DNA of 64,000 nt from Verrucomicrobiia bacterium (GCA_963664225.1 OY760937.1:4832001-4896000); one strand, 5' to 3'. Numbered from the stretch's first letter, positions 40,452 through 50,048 are shown. Numbers and translations are program-made. Notes: a model not told the origin generated them from the sequence alone.

Positions 40452-40820
40452 ATGAAATCCAGATGCCTTGTTTTATTGGCGATAAGTTTGATGGCGCTTG
40501 CGGGTTGTGAGACTGCTCCCAGGACTGCACCCATCGCCTTGCAGGCGGGCATGACGCGCGACGATCTCAGATTGCATTTCGGTGAGCCGTTGCGGATCGA
40601 ACCCGCCGCTTCGGGTGGCGAGAACTGGTATTATCGCTTCGTCTCATGGCAGACTCGACCCACTCAGGACTCCGGCATCAGCAACGAATATGGTCAGATG
40701 GCCCCATACGCTTCCTCGGGTCTGGATGTTTCGAAGGAAACGGTGGAGTGTCCCATCCATGTCTCCTCTGGAGGGTACGTAATCGAACCTCTTCCAAAAG
40801 GCAAAGTCGTCCACAAATGA
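40452..40820 (+). CDS. Lipoprotein, BamE/SmpA-like fold
   Basis: Lipobox LAGC; pattern LQAGMTRDDL..HFGEP...ENWYY. Confidence 0.7.
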   Translation: MKSRCLVLLAISLMALAGCETAPRTAPIALQAGMTRDDLRLHFGEPLRIEPAASGGENWYYRFVSWQTRPTQDSGISNEYGQMAPYASSGLDVSKETVECPIHVSSGGYVIEPLPKGKVVHK

Positions 40821-40827
40821 CCCTGTG

Positions 40828-40953
40828 GTCTGACCAGCGCGCCAAAACAATTCGGCGACCCACAAGGCAGTCGGACGGTGCGGAAGGATTTCAACGCTAC
40901 TGTTGTAGTCGCCGGGCGGTTGCGGCGGCGGTCGCTGAGTTTGGGCATTCCGC
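40828..40953 (+). repeat. Degenerate attC-like element 3
   Basis: gtctgac begins 7 nt after the stop; ends ggtcgctgagtttgggcattccgc, resembling attC right ends of the form GTCGCTGAGCTTGG..GTT; next ATG 13 nt later. Confidence 0.5.
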
Positions 40954-40966
40954 CACATTGAGTGCC

Positions 40967-41476
40967 ATGAGTCTTTGCGTAAGTATTTGCCTGTCCATTA
41001 CTTCTGCAGTCCAGGCACAAGACGATTGGCCTGTGTTCTATAGTGCTGAGAAAGGGCCAGCGCATTTGTTGATTTCACGCGAAGCACAAACCTTGGCTGC
41101 TTACACAAACAGCATTCCATTATGGAATCGTGAGCTGCTTACACCGAGGGCCAAAATAAACTTCGTAGAAATAAATGAATTGGGAAAAAATGGCGGATTG
41201 CGAGTTCTTGAAGTGCGTTTTTCACTGAAGGATATTTACTACACCAACATGCTGATGATTATAGAGGAGGTCAAACAGGGGCAATTCCTGCCGATATATG
41301 TTCAAGTCTATAATCGTAATGTTCGTGTGCCATCTGCCAGCGTCATTACCAACGACCAGGAAAAACTCATCGTTAATACAGGCATGGATTATGAAGGAAC
41401 GGGACATTTTCATGATCATTACAAAGTCACAATTTCACTCAATCATGACCCGCTGATTGTTGGATCGAATGATTGA
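40967..41476 (+). CDS. Hypothetical exported protein (low GC)
   Basis: Signal-like N-terminus ending AVQA; clearly AT-rich codons. Confidence 0.65.
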   Translation: MSLCVSICLSITSAVQAQDDWPVFYSAEKGPAHLLISREAQTLAAYTNSIPLWNRELLTPRAKINFVEINELGKNGGLRVLEVRFSLKDIYYTNMLMIIEEVKQGQFLPIYVQVYNRNVRVPSASVITNDQEKLIVNTGMDYEGTGHFHDHYKVTISLNHDPLIVGSND

Positions 41477-41513
41477 AACGCGTACGAATTATGGGTTAGA
41501 GTTTGACCGTCAG

Positions 41514-41612
41514 GCCTGACAATTCGCCAGAACCCACCTCCATTGGCACTTGCACTTCTATTGTTGCGGTCCAGGTTGTGCTTTGTCGGTGCCGCAGGTT
41601 CTTACGATCAGC
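41514..41612 (+). repeat. Degenerate attC-like element 4
   Basis: gcctgac...gatcagc ends are partly complementary; about 99 nt; next ATG 15 nt later. Confidence 0.5.
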
Positions 41613-41627
41613 GCTAAGGAGAACGAA

Positions 41628-43103
41628 ATGAAGACCTTACATCCTACGGGAAAATTCGATCCTCAAACATGCTGGGATAGGCCGGGCAGCGCCATGTTCA
41701 GGCGCGTCGGTGTGGTGCTATGGATTCTGCTTCTGGTGTCCTCCCTGGTTGCGGCCGATGGCCCCTCGCAGGATAAAGTCAAACTCCCCACAATTCCCGT
41801 CTTCACGCGCGCGGAAATGGAAGAGGACCTGAAACACCTGACCACTGTTCTCAAGCGTGCCTGGGCGTATGCCGAAGACAAACGCACCTTTCTCGGCGTG
41901 GATATCGACGCACTGCACGCCGTCGCCATGCGACAACTCGAAGAGGTCCATGATGCGGATGGCTTTTACTTTGTCGTGGAGAAATTTGTCGGCGGGCTGA
42001 TGGATGGCCACGCCTCTGTGCGGCCCGGCCATGAATCTCCCGGTTTATTGGCGCCAATGCGGTGGCCTTTCGAAATCGTTTGTCTGGACGGGCGCTTCTA
42101 CATCAAGAAGTTGGAGGACCGAAACGCACCACTGAGACCAGGAGATGAAATATTGAGCGTCAATGGCGTTTCCCTGAGCAACAGATTCCAGGTGGCGCTT
42201 GCACGCTCCACAGGTTCGACACCAGCCGGGCGTGCATCGCGTGCGCTCGCCGCGATGCGGCGGGGTGCAGACCAGCAACTATCCATCAAGGCCGCCCGGG
42301 CTGATGGCACAGATTTCACATGCGCGATGAATGCAGTGTATTGGAAGGGTAAAGTCGAGGAGCCAATTCGCTGGAAAAAACTCGAGGGGAACGTGGGCTG
42401 GCTTCGGTTACCGAGCTTTGTCCAGGATACGAAAGTATGGGTGGAGGGCGGTCGCACTCCCGCATCTCTCCAGGCCGCTCTTGAAGCCAAGAAAATCGCT
42501 CTGCGCAAAGCGTTTACGGAGCTCAAGGATACGCGTGCGCTGATCCTTGACCTGCGTGGTAACGGCGGCGGCTCCGATGCCCTCGGCCATTTCCTCGCTC
42601 ACTTCCTTTGCGACACCGCCGCCCGTCCAGTTTACTACACGCTCGGCCCGCGCATATCGGATGACCTCATGGTGCTGCCGGAATATGCCGCTTATAAAAA
42701 CGCGCCTGTATCTGCGCGCAATCGGCGCACGCCGATCCAATTGCTGCCTGAAAAGGGAGTCTGGAAATATAGAGGCGAACTTGCGGTGCTTATGGATGAA
42801 GAATGCTTCAGCGCCTGCGATTGTTTTCTGAATTACCTTTCCATCGCGGCACCGAAAACAGTGTTTGTTGGACGCCCTAACGGTGCCGGTGCCGGTGCGC
42901 CGCGTCCGTTGGTGACTCTGCCCCATAGCAAAATGGTCGTGACCTTCTGCATTATGCAGGTCTGGAACCTCAACGACCAACTCATCGAGAGCCGGCCTCT
43001 GAAGCCCACCGTTCCGGTCAAATGGACGCCGGAAGATTTGCGGCAAGGTCGCGATCCGGACATGGAAGCGGCCCTGCAATACTTGGGACGCCGAAAGGGT
43101 TGA
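41628..43103 (+). CDS. S41-family peptidase with PDZ domain
   Basis: Motifs DGHA, LRPGDEILSVNG (PDZ), LILDLRGNGGG and FSACD; start may be 41628 or later. Confidence 0.85.
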   Translation: MKTLHPTGKFDPQTCWDRPGSAMFRRVGVVLWILLLVSSLVAADGPSQDKVKLPTIPVFTRAEMEEDLKHLTTVLKRAWAYAEDKRTFLGVDIDALHAVAMRQLEEVHDADGFYFVVEKFVGGLMDGHASVRPGHESPGLLAPMRWPFEIVCLDGRFYIKKLEDRNAPLRPGDEILSVNGVSLSNRFQVALARSTGSTPAGRASRALAAMRRGADQQLSIKAARADGTDFTCAMNAVYWKGKVEEPIRWKKLEGNVGWLRLPSFVQDTKVWVEGGRTPASLQAALEAKKIALRKAFTELKDTRALILDLRGNGGGSDALGHFLAHFLCDTAARPVYYTLGPRISDDLMVLPEYAAYKNAPVSARNRRTPIQLLPEKGVWKYRGELAVLMDEECFSACDCFLNYLSIAAPKTVFVGRPNGAGAGAPRPLVTLPHSKMVVTFCIMQVWNLNDQLIESRPLKPTVPVKWTPEDLRQGRDPDMEAALQYLGRRKG

Positions 43104-43108
43104 TCCAT

Positions 43109-43200
43109 GCCTGCCAGCCGAATTCAGAGATGCGTTCGATCGCAGTTCTACTGCATGTCTATGATTTGCGGTCCCGAGCTGCGTGAAGCGGAACGTGAGC
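43109..43200 (+). repeat. Degenerate attC-like element 5
   Basis: gcctgcc begins 5 nt after the stop; ends gcgtgaagcggaacgtgagc; weakest of the set. Confidence 0.3.
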
Positions 43201-43334
43201 TTATGCGTTGATCGAGGAAGCTGCGTGGTTCATGCCTTTCGGTTCACGTGGCTGTCGGCGTTAAGTGGTATCGGGAATCAAATATTCATGAAAGACTCTT
43301 TCCGACAAGCCTTTGGAAGAGTGACACCCCTTAA

Positions 43335-43374
43335 AACAAAACCACCCCGGAATATGAAACCGGGGTGGTTTTGT
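43335..43374. terminator. Intrinsic terminator hairpin between convergent units
   Basis: acaaaaccaccccgg-aatatgaaa-ccggggtggttttgt. Confidence 0.8.
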
Positions 43375-43389
43375 GACTAACCGAGCTGA

Positions 43390-45147
43390 CTAAATGGAGA
43401 TCAGGGGGATTCCTTTGGGCACATGCACCACCATCGTCCCGGCGATTTGATCGTGCCAGGAGAGTCTGTCTTCCTTCCAGGCGATGCGGAAGAAGCCCAG
43501 CCCCAAGGCGATCGTGGAGAGCACGGAACCCAGGCAGCGCACCGCCGCCACAGGAGCATCGATGGGACGGCCATTTTGGCGGACCACTTTCAAGCCCATG
43601 ATGACTCCGCCCACGGTGGTGCCTTTCCAAGTCCACATGGCCACATGGTAACCCAGCCAGATGAGGAGCCAGCCGAAATGGATATGGAGATAGGTCAACA
43701 GGGTCGCCACCAGGACGATGTCGAGCGCAATGGCGCCCGCGCGCTGTAAAAGCGTGGCTCTGGGCAGCGCTGCCATTTCCAGGTGCGAAACGTCGGGCAC
43801 GGCCGCCGGAGTCGCGAAAGGCGGAGGGGTAAATGATGGCCCTGGGTTCGGCGACAACGGGGGTGTTGATGAGAACGGAGGCGTTGATGCCAATGGCGGC
43901 GTTGCCGTCGTGGGCGGAAGCGTCGAAGTCAGCGGAGGCATCCCCGGATCGCTCATGGACTTAGGCATTTCCGTTGCAACCGGAGGTGCGGAAGTCAACG
44001 GTGTCGTCGATGTTACTGGAGGCATTCCCGGATCGATGATCGCGTTGAGCGTTGGAGTCGCAGGTGGAGGCACACTCTGGCCCTGCGCATCGTAAACAGA
44101 TGGCATGGGATACTCCGGTGGCATGGGAACTGGCGGGATTGGTGTGGGTTTCACCTCCGCATGCTCGCGTTTGAGTCCCCCAAAGAGAGCCAGCAAGGCG
44201 CAGCCGAAGCTCAGGGGAATCAGTATTCCCCACACGAGAAAACCCAATATGGGAACCATGTATAAGAGGCAAAAAACGACAAATCCGATGGCCAGGGCGA
44301 TCAGGGGGTGCTGGATTTCATCGACTTTAGCCTGGCGGCCTATTTGAAGTCCGGTGAATTGATAGATGGCGGCTTTGCCGAAGAACAGCAGCGCCACCAT
44401 TCCACATCCGATGAAGGGAATGACAAGAATTCCGACGAGGGACAGGACAAGCAGTAGGATGAGAGGTCCAACCAGAACGAAGGCAAGCAGACCCGTGACC
44501 ATGGAGGCGACGGGGCGGGTTTCAAGAACTTTCGCGCAAGTGGCGACTGGTTTTGGAAACACCAGCGCGAGAAGCAGATAGAGCAATAGACTTATTCCGG
44601 CAAACACCCACATCCAACCCAAACCAGGTGCCAGTGGGCGTGCGCGGCCGATTCCCTGATGAAAAAATTCTCCGACGGAATCCATATTGGGCATGATGGC
44701 GCCCGGCGAGACATCCACCCTCTGGCCATCGATATGCGCCGAGGAATTGACTGACTGGCTGCCGAGGACGGTGACGAGGTCCCCCCTGATGTTGGCCTTT
44801 GGCCCCACTTTTGTGGATCCAAGAATGTTGACCACGTCTCCGTGGGCTTCGCCGTTGATTGTCAGGTTTCCGAGGATGACGACGACATCGTTCTGAGCCG
44901 TGCCGTTCATCGTCACTGAGCCAAGAACCACGACCAGGTCCTTGCAAGTTTCGCCAGGACCGATTGTGACACTGCCACCAACGCGCACGACATCCTGAAG
45001 GTCTTTTTGTTCCGATTGGGGTTCGGCTTGCTCTGTGGGTTCGCTTTGTTCGGCGTCGATCGCAACCAGTTGCGGCGGAGCGATCAGGAGACTCCAGCAC
45101 ATTAGTGCGGCACATGCCAGCTTGATGAATGGATGAGTGACTTTCAT
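43390..45147 (-). CDS. Membrane protein: bactofilin-like beta-solenoid, TM bundle, Pro-rich linker and RDD domain
   Basis: Repeats DVVxIxGxxTxxG; several TM helices; C-terminal RAGAIALD...G.T.G...GLKVV...WHDQIAGT (RDD). Confidence 0.82.
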   Translation of the reverse strand: MKVTHPFIKLACAALMCWSLLIAPPQLVAIDAEQSEPTEQAEPQSEQKDLQDVVRVGGSVTIGPGETCKDLVVVLGSVTMNGTAQNDVVVILGNLTINGEAHGDVVNILGSTKVGPKANIRGDLVTVLGSQSVNSSAHIDGQRVDVSPGAIMPNMDSVGEFFHQGIGRARPLAPGLGWMWVFAGISLLLYLLLALVFPKPVATCAKVLETRPVASMVTGLLAFVLVGPLILLLVLSLVGILVIPFIGCGMVALLFFGKAAIYQFTGLQIGRQAKVDEIQHPLIALAIGFVVFCLLYMVPILGFLVWGILIPLSFGCALLALFGGLKREHAEVKPTPIPPVPMPPEYPMPSVYDAQGQSVPPPATPTLNAIIDPGMPPVTSTTPLTSAPPVATEMPKSMSDPGMPPLTSTLPPTTATPPLASTPPFSSTPPLSPNPGPSFTPPPFATPAAVPDVSHLEMAALPRATLLQRAGAIALDIVLVATLLTYLHIHFGWLLIWLGYHVAMWTWKGTTVGGVIMGLKVVRQNGRPIDAPVAAVRCLGSVLSTIALGLGFFRIAWKEDRLSWHDQIAGTMVVHVPKGIPLISI

Positions 45148-45163
45148 AATAACGACTTTCCCC

Positions 45164-45616
45164 TTAATGTTTAATGACGCGCAAAAGCACAGTTCCCGTT
45201 CCCAGGCACCAGAGATACATCAGGAACGCTACAGCGAGAGCCGCGATCACGGGCGGCTGCATGCTAGCCCGGGCCGCCGTTGAGAGGGCAGAAGCCAGAG
45301 TGACGATGACTTCCATGACCAGTTGACCGTTTGTGACGACCTTGGCCAGCTCGGTATCCCAAAGCGATCCACCGACAGATAGTGTTGAAATCCAGTGATT
45401 TAAGAATGCCGGTATGGCCGCCAACAGGAATAGAAACGCTCCTTGCATGGCCGCTGGCCATGACCAGAAGGAGCATTGCCACCACGGGGATTTGGCTTGA
45501 GCGCGCAAGGCGGCCATGACGCGCGGGGCGAGAGTCGCCGGGGCGGCGTGGTCTGGCAGTTGGCGCAGTTCCCGGTGGATCCGGGCTTCCAGTTCGATTT
45601 GATGACGATCTTCCAT
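45164..45616 (-). CDS. Putative membrane anti-sigma factor
   Basis: Directly downstream of an ECF sigma; LRQLPDHAAPATLAPRVM followed by TM helices. Confidence 0.7.
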   Translation of the reverse strand: MEDRHQIELEARIHRELRQLPDHAAPATLAPRVMAALRAQAKSPWWQCSFWSWPAAMQGAFLFLLAAIPAFLNHWISTLSVGGSLWDTELAKVVTNGQLVMEVIVTLASALSTAARASMQPPVIAALAVAFLMYLWCLGTGTVLLRVIKH

Positions 45617-45624
45617 AGGGCACC

Positions 45625-46206
45625 TTAAAAAGCGATTTGTGACGAGGCGGGGGCATCCGTGTTTCCAGTAAATTCCGCCCTGCGCGCCTGCAGCCGTTTT
45701 TCCAACGTTTGCCGGCCGCGATGTATGTCTGTCTTTACTTTGCTCAGGCTCACGCCCAAGTGTTCGGCAATATCTTCGTAACGCATTTCTTCAAAATGGT
45801 AGAGGACCAGTGGAACCCGTTGGGATGAAGGGAGTTTCTGGAGGGCATCCTCGAGCATGCGATGCCGTTCGGACTGATCCAGCGAATCGTTTGCGGGAGT
45901 CGTATCGGGCAGGTTTGCCGTGAAATCCGACTCGTCCTCATCGTGGCGGTTCATTTCTGAAAAAAAGTGCCATCGTGCGCGGTAGCGTGTTAAGTGATTG
46001 AGGCTAAGGTTCTTGGCCACCGTGCGCAACCAGCCGCCCGCCGTGGGGCTGACGCTGAGTTCTTCAAATCTTTCAAATGCCTTCAAAAAAACTTCCTGTG
46101 AAATGTCCTGAGCTTCGGCTTCATTGGCGACCAACCGCAAGGCCGTGGTATAGACCATGTCCTGATACGCCTTCATAAACTCTTCAAATTCATGCTCAAG
46201 GTTCAT
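45625..46206 (-). CDS. ECF sigma-70 factor
   Basis: Region 2 AQDISQEVFLKA and WLRTVAKN; region 4 YEDIAEHLGVSLSKVKTDIHRGR. Confidence 0.93.
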   Translation of the reverse strand: MNLEHEFEEFMKAYQDMVYTTALRLVANEAEAQDISQEVFLKAFERFEELSVSPTAGGWLRTVAKNLSLNHLTRYRARWHFFSEMNRHDEDESDFTANLPDTTPANDSLDQSERHRMLEDALQKLPSSQRVPLVLYHFEEMRYEDIAEHLGVSLSKVKTDIHRGRQTLEKRLQARRAEFTGNTDAPASSQIAF

Positions 46207-46240
46207 TTTCCACCCCACCGGTCCAGGGCGATTGTAACTA

Positions 46241-46269
46241 AATGACACATTTGAAGATGAGAAAGTTGC
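46241..46269 (-). promoter_or_regulatory. Candidate ECF-type autoregulatory promoter
   Basis: GCAACT-N17-GTCAT (AAC...GTC pattern) about 35 nt upstream of the sigma gene. Confidence 0.4.
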
Positions 46270-46392
46270 ATAAATCGCTTTCACCAAACCCCGCATCGCG
46301 ATGAGGAATGGAACAGCGGCGGAAGGCGTGGTGGCGGTTGGATCATGCGATCAGGGCGAGTGCAATGCAGAGTGGCCTCCAGGGATTTGCAT

Positions 46393-47208
46393 TCACTTCT
46401 TTATTAACGGTTTAGACGCCAGTTTTTCGTCCTCCCAGAGGGTCTTCATTAACGCATGTATTTGTGGTTCCGCAGTAATGAGTTCCGCACGGTTGAATGG
46501 GAAAAAATCGTTCATGCCGAAATAAGCTTCGGTCATCTCGGCGAAAAACTCTTTATGATCCGTCAGACCGTAGTGGCGCGTATTCTGGCCGTTAAAGAGA
46601 AGGGTGGAATCGCCATGTCCGCTTTTCTTAAATTCTTCATAGGCAATGAGTATGCGCGGTTCATCGAAGCCGAGGACCTGGTCGTGGTAGGCATGGGCCA
46701 ATTCATGGAGCACGACCCAGGGTTGTTCGTGGACCTGGCGGGCGCGGGCGAAATCGGCGGCCTCACAAATGTGAACGCATTGGGCCAGATCCCGCGAAAA
46801 GCCATGGGCTTCAAGCCATTCCGCTGAGGGATGGTATTGCATGGCGCGCAGCGAACCGTGGGTCAGATCCAGCACAATGGGAATGGATTGCAGTTTCGCC
46901 AGCTTGTCTTGAGGCACGACATAGGTAATGTCTATGAGCTTGGAGGCCAAGAGTTTAATGGCGCGTTCTCCGAGCTTGTCGTTGGGCGGGGTGAAAAGGC
47001 GATCATCCACGCGCACGGTCCACCCTTCGATGATTCGGACACTGCGTGACGCGGGCTTTGCAGGGGTCGAGTTTTGCGATGTAACAGACTCAATGCGAGG
47101 TTTTTGCGAATTCAATCGTGGATTTGGTTCGGATGCGGGCGCCTGGGGGAGTTGGGATAATGCCAGAACTAAACCCACAACAAGGCCGTGTTTCCAGATG
47201 GTTTTCAT
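46393..47208 (-). CDS. Exported zinc metallopeptidase (zincin)
   Basis: Signal peptide; VLHELAHAYH with downstream EFFAE third ligand. Confidence 0.8.
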   Translation of the reverse strand: MKTIWKHGLVVGLVLALSQLPQAPASEPNPRLNSQKPRIESVTSQNSTPAKPASRSVRIIEGWTVRVDDRLFTPPNDKLGERAIKLLASKLIDITYVVPQDKLAKLQSIPIVLDLTHGSLRAMQYHPSAEWLEAHGFSRDLAQCVHICEAADFARARQVHEQPWVVLHELAHAYHDQVLGFDEPRILIAYEEFKKSGHGDSTLLFNGQNTRHYGLTDHKEFFAEMTEAYFGMNDFFPFNRAELITAEPQIHALMKTLWEDEKLASKPLIKK

Positions 47209-47427
47209 GCTTGCGATACGTTTATCAAATATACCCCCTGCATTGCAGTCAAATTCCCGTCCAATGCTTTCTTTGTAAAGGGGATCCCCTTTGAAACGCC
47301 CTGGAACGCCCTTGCCGTGAAAAACTCAATTTGCGCTTGGGGTTGGTTTGTAGCAGGATGAAGACCAAGGATAACCGGGGCGCGGGTCCAGGCATTTGAT
47401 GACATCCCGGTTTTCACCTGGTTTTTT

Positions 47428-48468
47428 ATGGCAGTTCAATTCAAAGACTATTATCAGACCCTCGGTGTGCCGCGAACGGCCAAGTCCGAGGAAATTCAGA
47501 AGGCATTTCGCAAGCTGGCCCGGCAGTATCATCCGGATGTGGCCAAGGGCAAGGATAAGGCGTCGGCCGAGGAAAAGTTCAAGGAAATCAACGAGGCCTA
47601 CGAGGTGCTCAGCGACGCGAAGAAGCGGGAGCGCTATGATTCGCTGGGGGCGGATTGGAAACAAGGCTCGGAGTTTCGTCCCCCGCCCGAGTGGTCGCAG
47701 CAGAGGAGTTCCGGACGCCCGAGCAGCGGCGGGTTTGAGTATCAGTTTGGAGGAACAGGGTTCAGCGACTTTTTCGAACAGATCTTCGGCTCGGCGCGTG
47801 GAGGGCGCAGCCCTTTTGGCGGGGCATCGCAAGGCTTTGAAACGGAGGAGGTTCAGCCCGGACGGGATTCCGAGGCGGAGATTCTCGTGACGCTGGCCGA
47901 GGCGGCGCATGGCGCATTGCGACCGATCACGGTTCGACGCAACGTGGCGTGTGAAACCTGTCATGGCACGGGGCGCATTGCGCCGCGACGGGCCTGCACG
48001 ACCTGCGGTGGGAGTGGTCTGGTGGCCCGGGAAGCGCATTATAAGGTGAAGATTCCGGCGGGTGTTTTGGAGGGTCAATCGTTGCGCCTGGCGGGGCATG
48101 GGGAATTGGGCGAAGGCAGCGCGCCAGCGGGGGATCTGTATCTGCGCGTGCGGTTTGCAAAGCATCCGGATTTTCGGGTGGAAGGGAGCGACTTGTATTA
48201 CGAACTGCATCTTGCGCCCTGGGAGGCGGTTCTGGGTGCCAATGTGTCCGTTCCCACCATGGATCAGCCGGTGAGCATCAAGATTCCGGCAGGCGCGCAA
48301 GGCGGGCAGACGCTAAGGGTGCGTGGTCGGGGGATGCCGAATCGGAGCGGCGGCTCGGGCGATCTATACGCGGTGCTGCAGGTGCGGGTGCCCACTGAGA
48401 TTACCGAGAAGGAGCGCACGCTGTGGCAGCAGCTCTCCAAGGAATCGCATTTCAAGCCGAGGGAATAG
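47428..48468 (+). CDS. DnaJ/CbpA-like J-domain chaperone
   Basis: J domain DYYQTLGV...YHPD; G/F region GFSDFF; DnaJ C-terminal domains; two CxxCxGxG motifs. Confidence 0.9.
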   Translation: MAVQFKDYYQTLGVPRTAKSEEIQKAFRKLARQYHPDVAKGKDKASAEEKFKEINEAYEVLSDAKKRERYDSLGADWKQGSEFRPPPEWSQQRSSGRPSSGGFEYQFGGTGFSDFFEQIFGSARGGRSPFGGASQGFETEEVQPGRDSEAEILVTLAEAAHGALRPITVRRNVACETCHGTGRIAPRRACTTCGGSGLVAREAHYKVKIPAGVLEGQSLRLAGHGELGEGSAPAGDLYLRVRFAKHPDFRVEGSDLYYELHLAPWEAVLGANVSVPTMDQPVSIKIPAGAQGGQTLRVRGRGMPNRSGGSGDLYAVLQVRVPTEITEKERTLWQQLSKESHFKPRE

Positions 48469-48566
48469 TGTGGACTAGGGATGCAGGCCTGGAATTTAGC
48501 AGGCCTCATTTTTGCGTTCAACCGGTTGACCACGGGTTGACCGCGGATTGAATGGACAGGATGGGG

Positions 48567-48628
48567 AGTGGATAATGGATAACCAGGGGGAATGGAAAAT
48601 GGATCATTGACAATTGACAATGGATAAT
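48567..48628 (+). repeat. Heptamer tandem repeats
   Basis: agtggat aatggat ... aatggaa aatggat cattgac aattgac aatggat. Confidence 0.7.
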
Positions 48629-48680
48629 GCTTTGGATTTGAGGAGCGGGACCAACGTTGTCAGTGAAACACATTGGCGCG

Positions 48681-48800
48681 CGGGCAGGGGTGGGGGCGGG
48701 CCGTTCCGTGAGCGCCGGTGACGCGTTAGCCCGTTGGAGGAAAGCGACCGATGCGATGGGCGAAATCGCCAGGGAAAAGTGTAAAGTGATGGGGTGACCC
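48681..48800 (+). repeat. Dispersed repeat family F, copy 1
   Basis: Similar to 52714-52827 (about 10 mismatches over a core of about 71 nt). Confidence 0.85.
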
Positions 48801-48826
48801 CTTCACCTTCACAACTGTTACCGCAA

Positions 48827-49720
48827 CTATTTTCGGTTTACCTCAAACAAGATATCTGGCTGGTCAGGCTTGCCGTCTTGGAAGATCACCACTGCCTCCC
48901 ACGCGTAGTGGTCTTGGACAACGAGCGCCATTTCCCACGCGCCAGTCTTGGGAACTTCATCGGAATACCAGGTCAGTATCGCAGGAGTGAGTTTCTGACC
49001 TTCGCGCACAAGTTTAAATCCTGACTCCGTAGGTGGCTCGTCAAATGAGCTCGTAGCAAACGTCTGCCTGTCCAACTGCTCGTGTCTGCGCACAAAGAGT
49101 TTGAATGGATAGTCCATTCCGGTGCCTCGCGATGCTGAACCAGTGGAACTGTGCAGAGTGGCTTTCAGAACAGGTCGACCTCGCACCTTCGACAAGGCCC
49201 GAATCGCGAGCAATTCCGATTGTTCGGCGAGAAACGAGGTCCACCGGCTCTTGGGGATGAACTGACGATCCCCATCGATAAACAAAACCTCATGGTAGTC
49301 GATATTCTGGCCATCATGGCCCAATCCAACTTTGTCCCAGATGAGCGCTATGCGAGAATCGTCGTTGGTGTTCAAACCCTCCACGTAGTGCCAACCGCAG
49401 GTCTCAGGCCCGAGAACTCCGCCGCCACGCAAAATCTTCTCAACGACCCTTTCAGGAACGGTCTTTCCGCGTAAGACCTCGGCAGGAACCGACTGAGTGC
49501 GATAGAGCAGACTCAGAGCTGCTTCGGGAGAAGATTGCCCTGCGGGAAAAAAGCCGTTGTTCTCTTCCGCATACATCCGTAGAGCCGACGTAAATTGCAG
49601 TATGCAAGAATGACTCATTCCATACGGGTACCTGTGTCTATAAAAACCGTAGTACCCAGCCAATAGCACAAATAAAACCGCCAGAACGCTCCAGGTTCGT
49701 CTGTTTGAAAATGGCTTCAT
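48827..49720 (-). CDS. Membrane-anchored DUF1559/H-X9-DG-like protein with C-terminal extension
   Basis: N-terminal TM helix; pattern C..QF..AL.MYAEEN.GFFP; H...VLFIDG motif. Confidence 0.6.
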   Translation of the reverse strand: MKPFSNRRTWSVLAVLFVLLAGYYGFYRHRYPYGMSHSCILQFTSALRMYAEENNGFFPAGQSSPEAALSLLYRTQSVPAEVLRGKTVPERVVEKILRGGGVLGPETCGWHYVEGLNTNDDSRIALIWDKVGLGHDGQNIDYHEVLFIDGDRQFIPKSRWTSFLAEQSELLAIRALSKVRGRPVLKATLHSSTGSASRGTGMDYPFKLFVRRHEQLDRQTFATSSFDEPPTESGFKLVREGQKLTPAILTWYSDEVPKTGAWEMALVVQDHYAWEAVVIFQDGKPDQPDILFEVNRK

Positions 49721-50048
49721 GCGCGCAGCTTGGTCCAACTTTGATTATGCGACGAGCGGTTTGTAAATTGAACCCGAGATGAAGACATCTGAATACACCT
49801 GCGGGCTGGCGAAGGTTGCGAGCGGTTATTTATCGCAAGAAATCCGGTAAGTTTGATCGTGCTTGTGCTCATTTCTCCGTGAATAACGGCAGGGTGTGCC
49901 GCCATGGGAATGTCGTCAAGCGGTTTGTGGAAAATTAATGGACAAGGGGAGGCAGGGGCGTGCGATCAGATGCAGCGCGGGATTATATATCGATGGCGAA
50001 TTCACGATGGTGGATTGAGCCGGAGAACTATGTGGGGATGGGATAGAG

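Noticed and set aside
49730..49832. attC-like site upstream of the minus-strand gene at 49720
   Set aside because: It ends in GTTGGAC (fits GTTRRRY), but no complementary left box or convincing stem was found.
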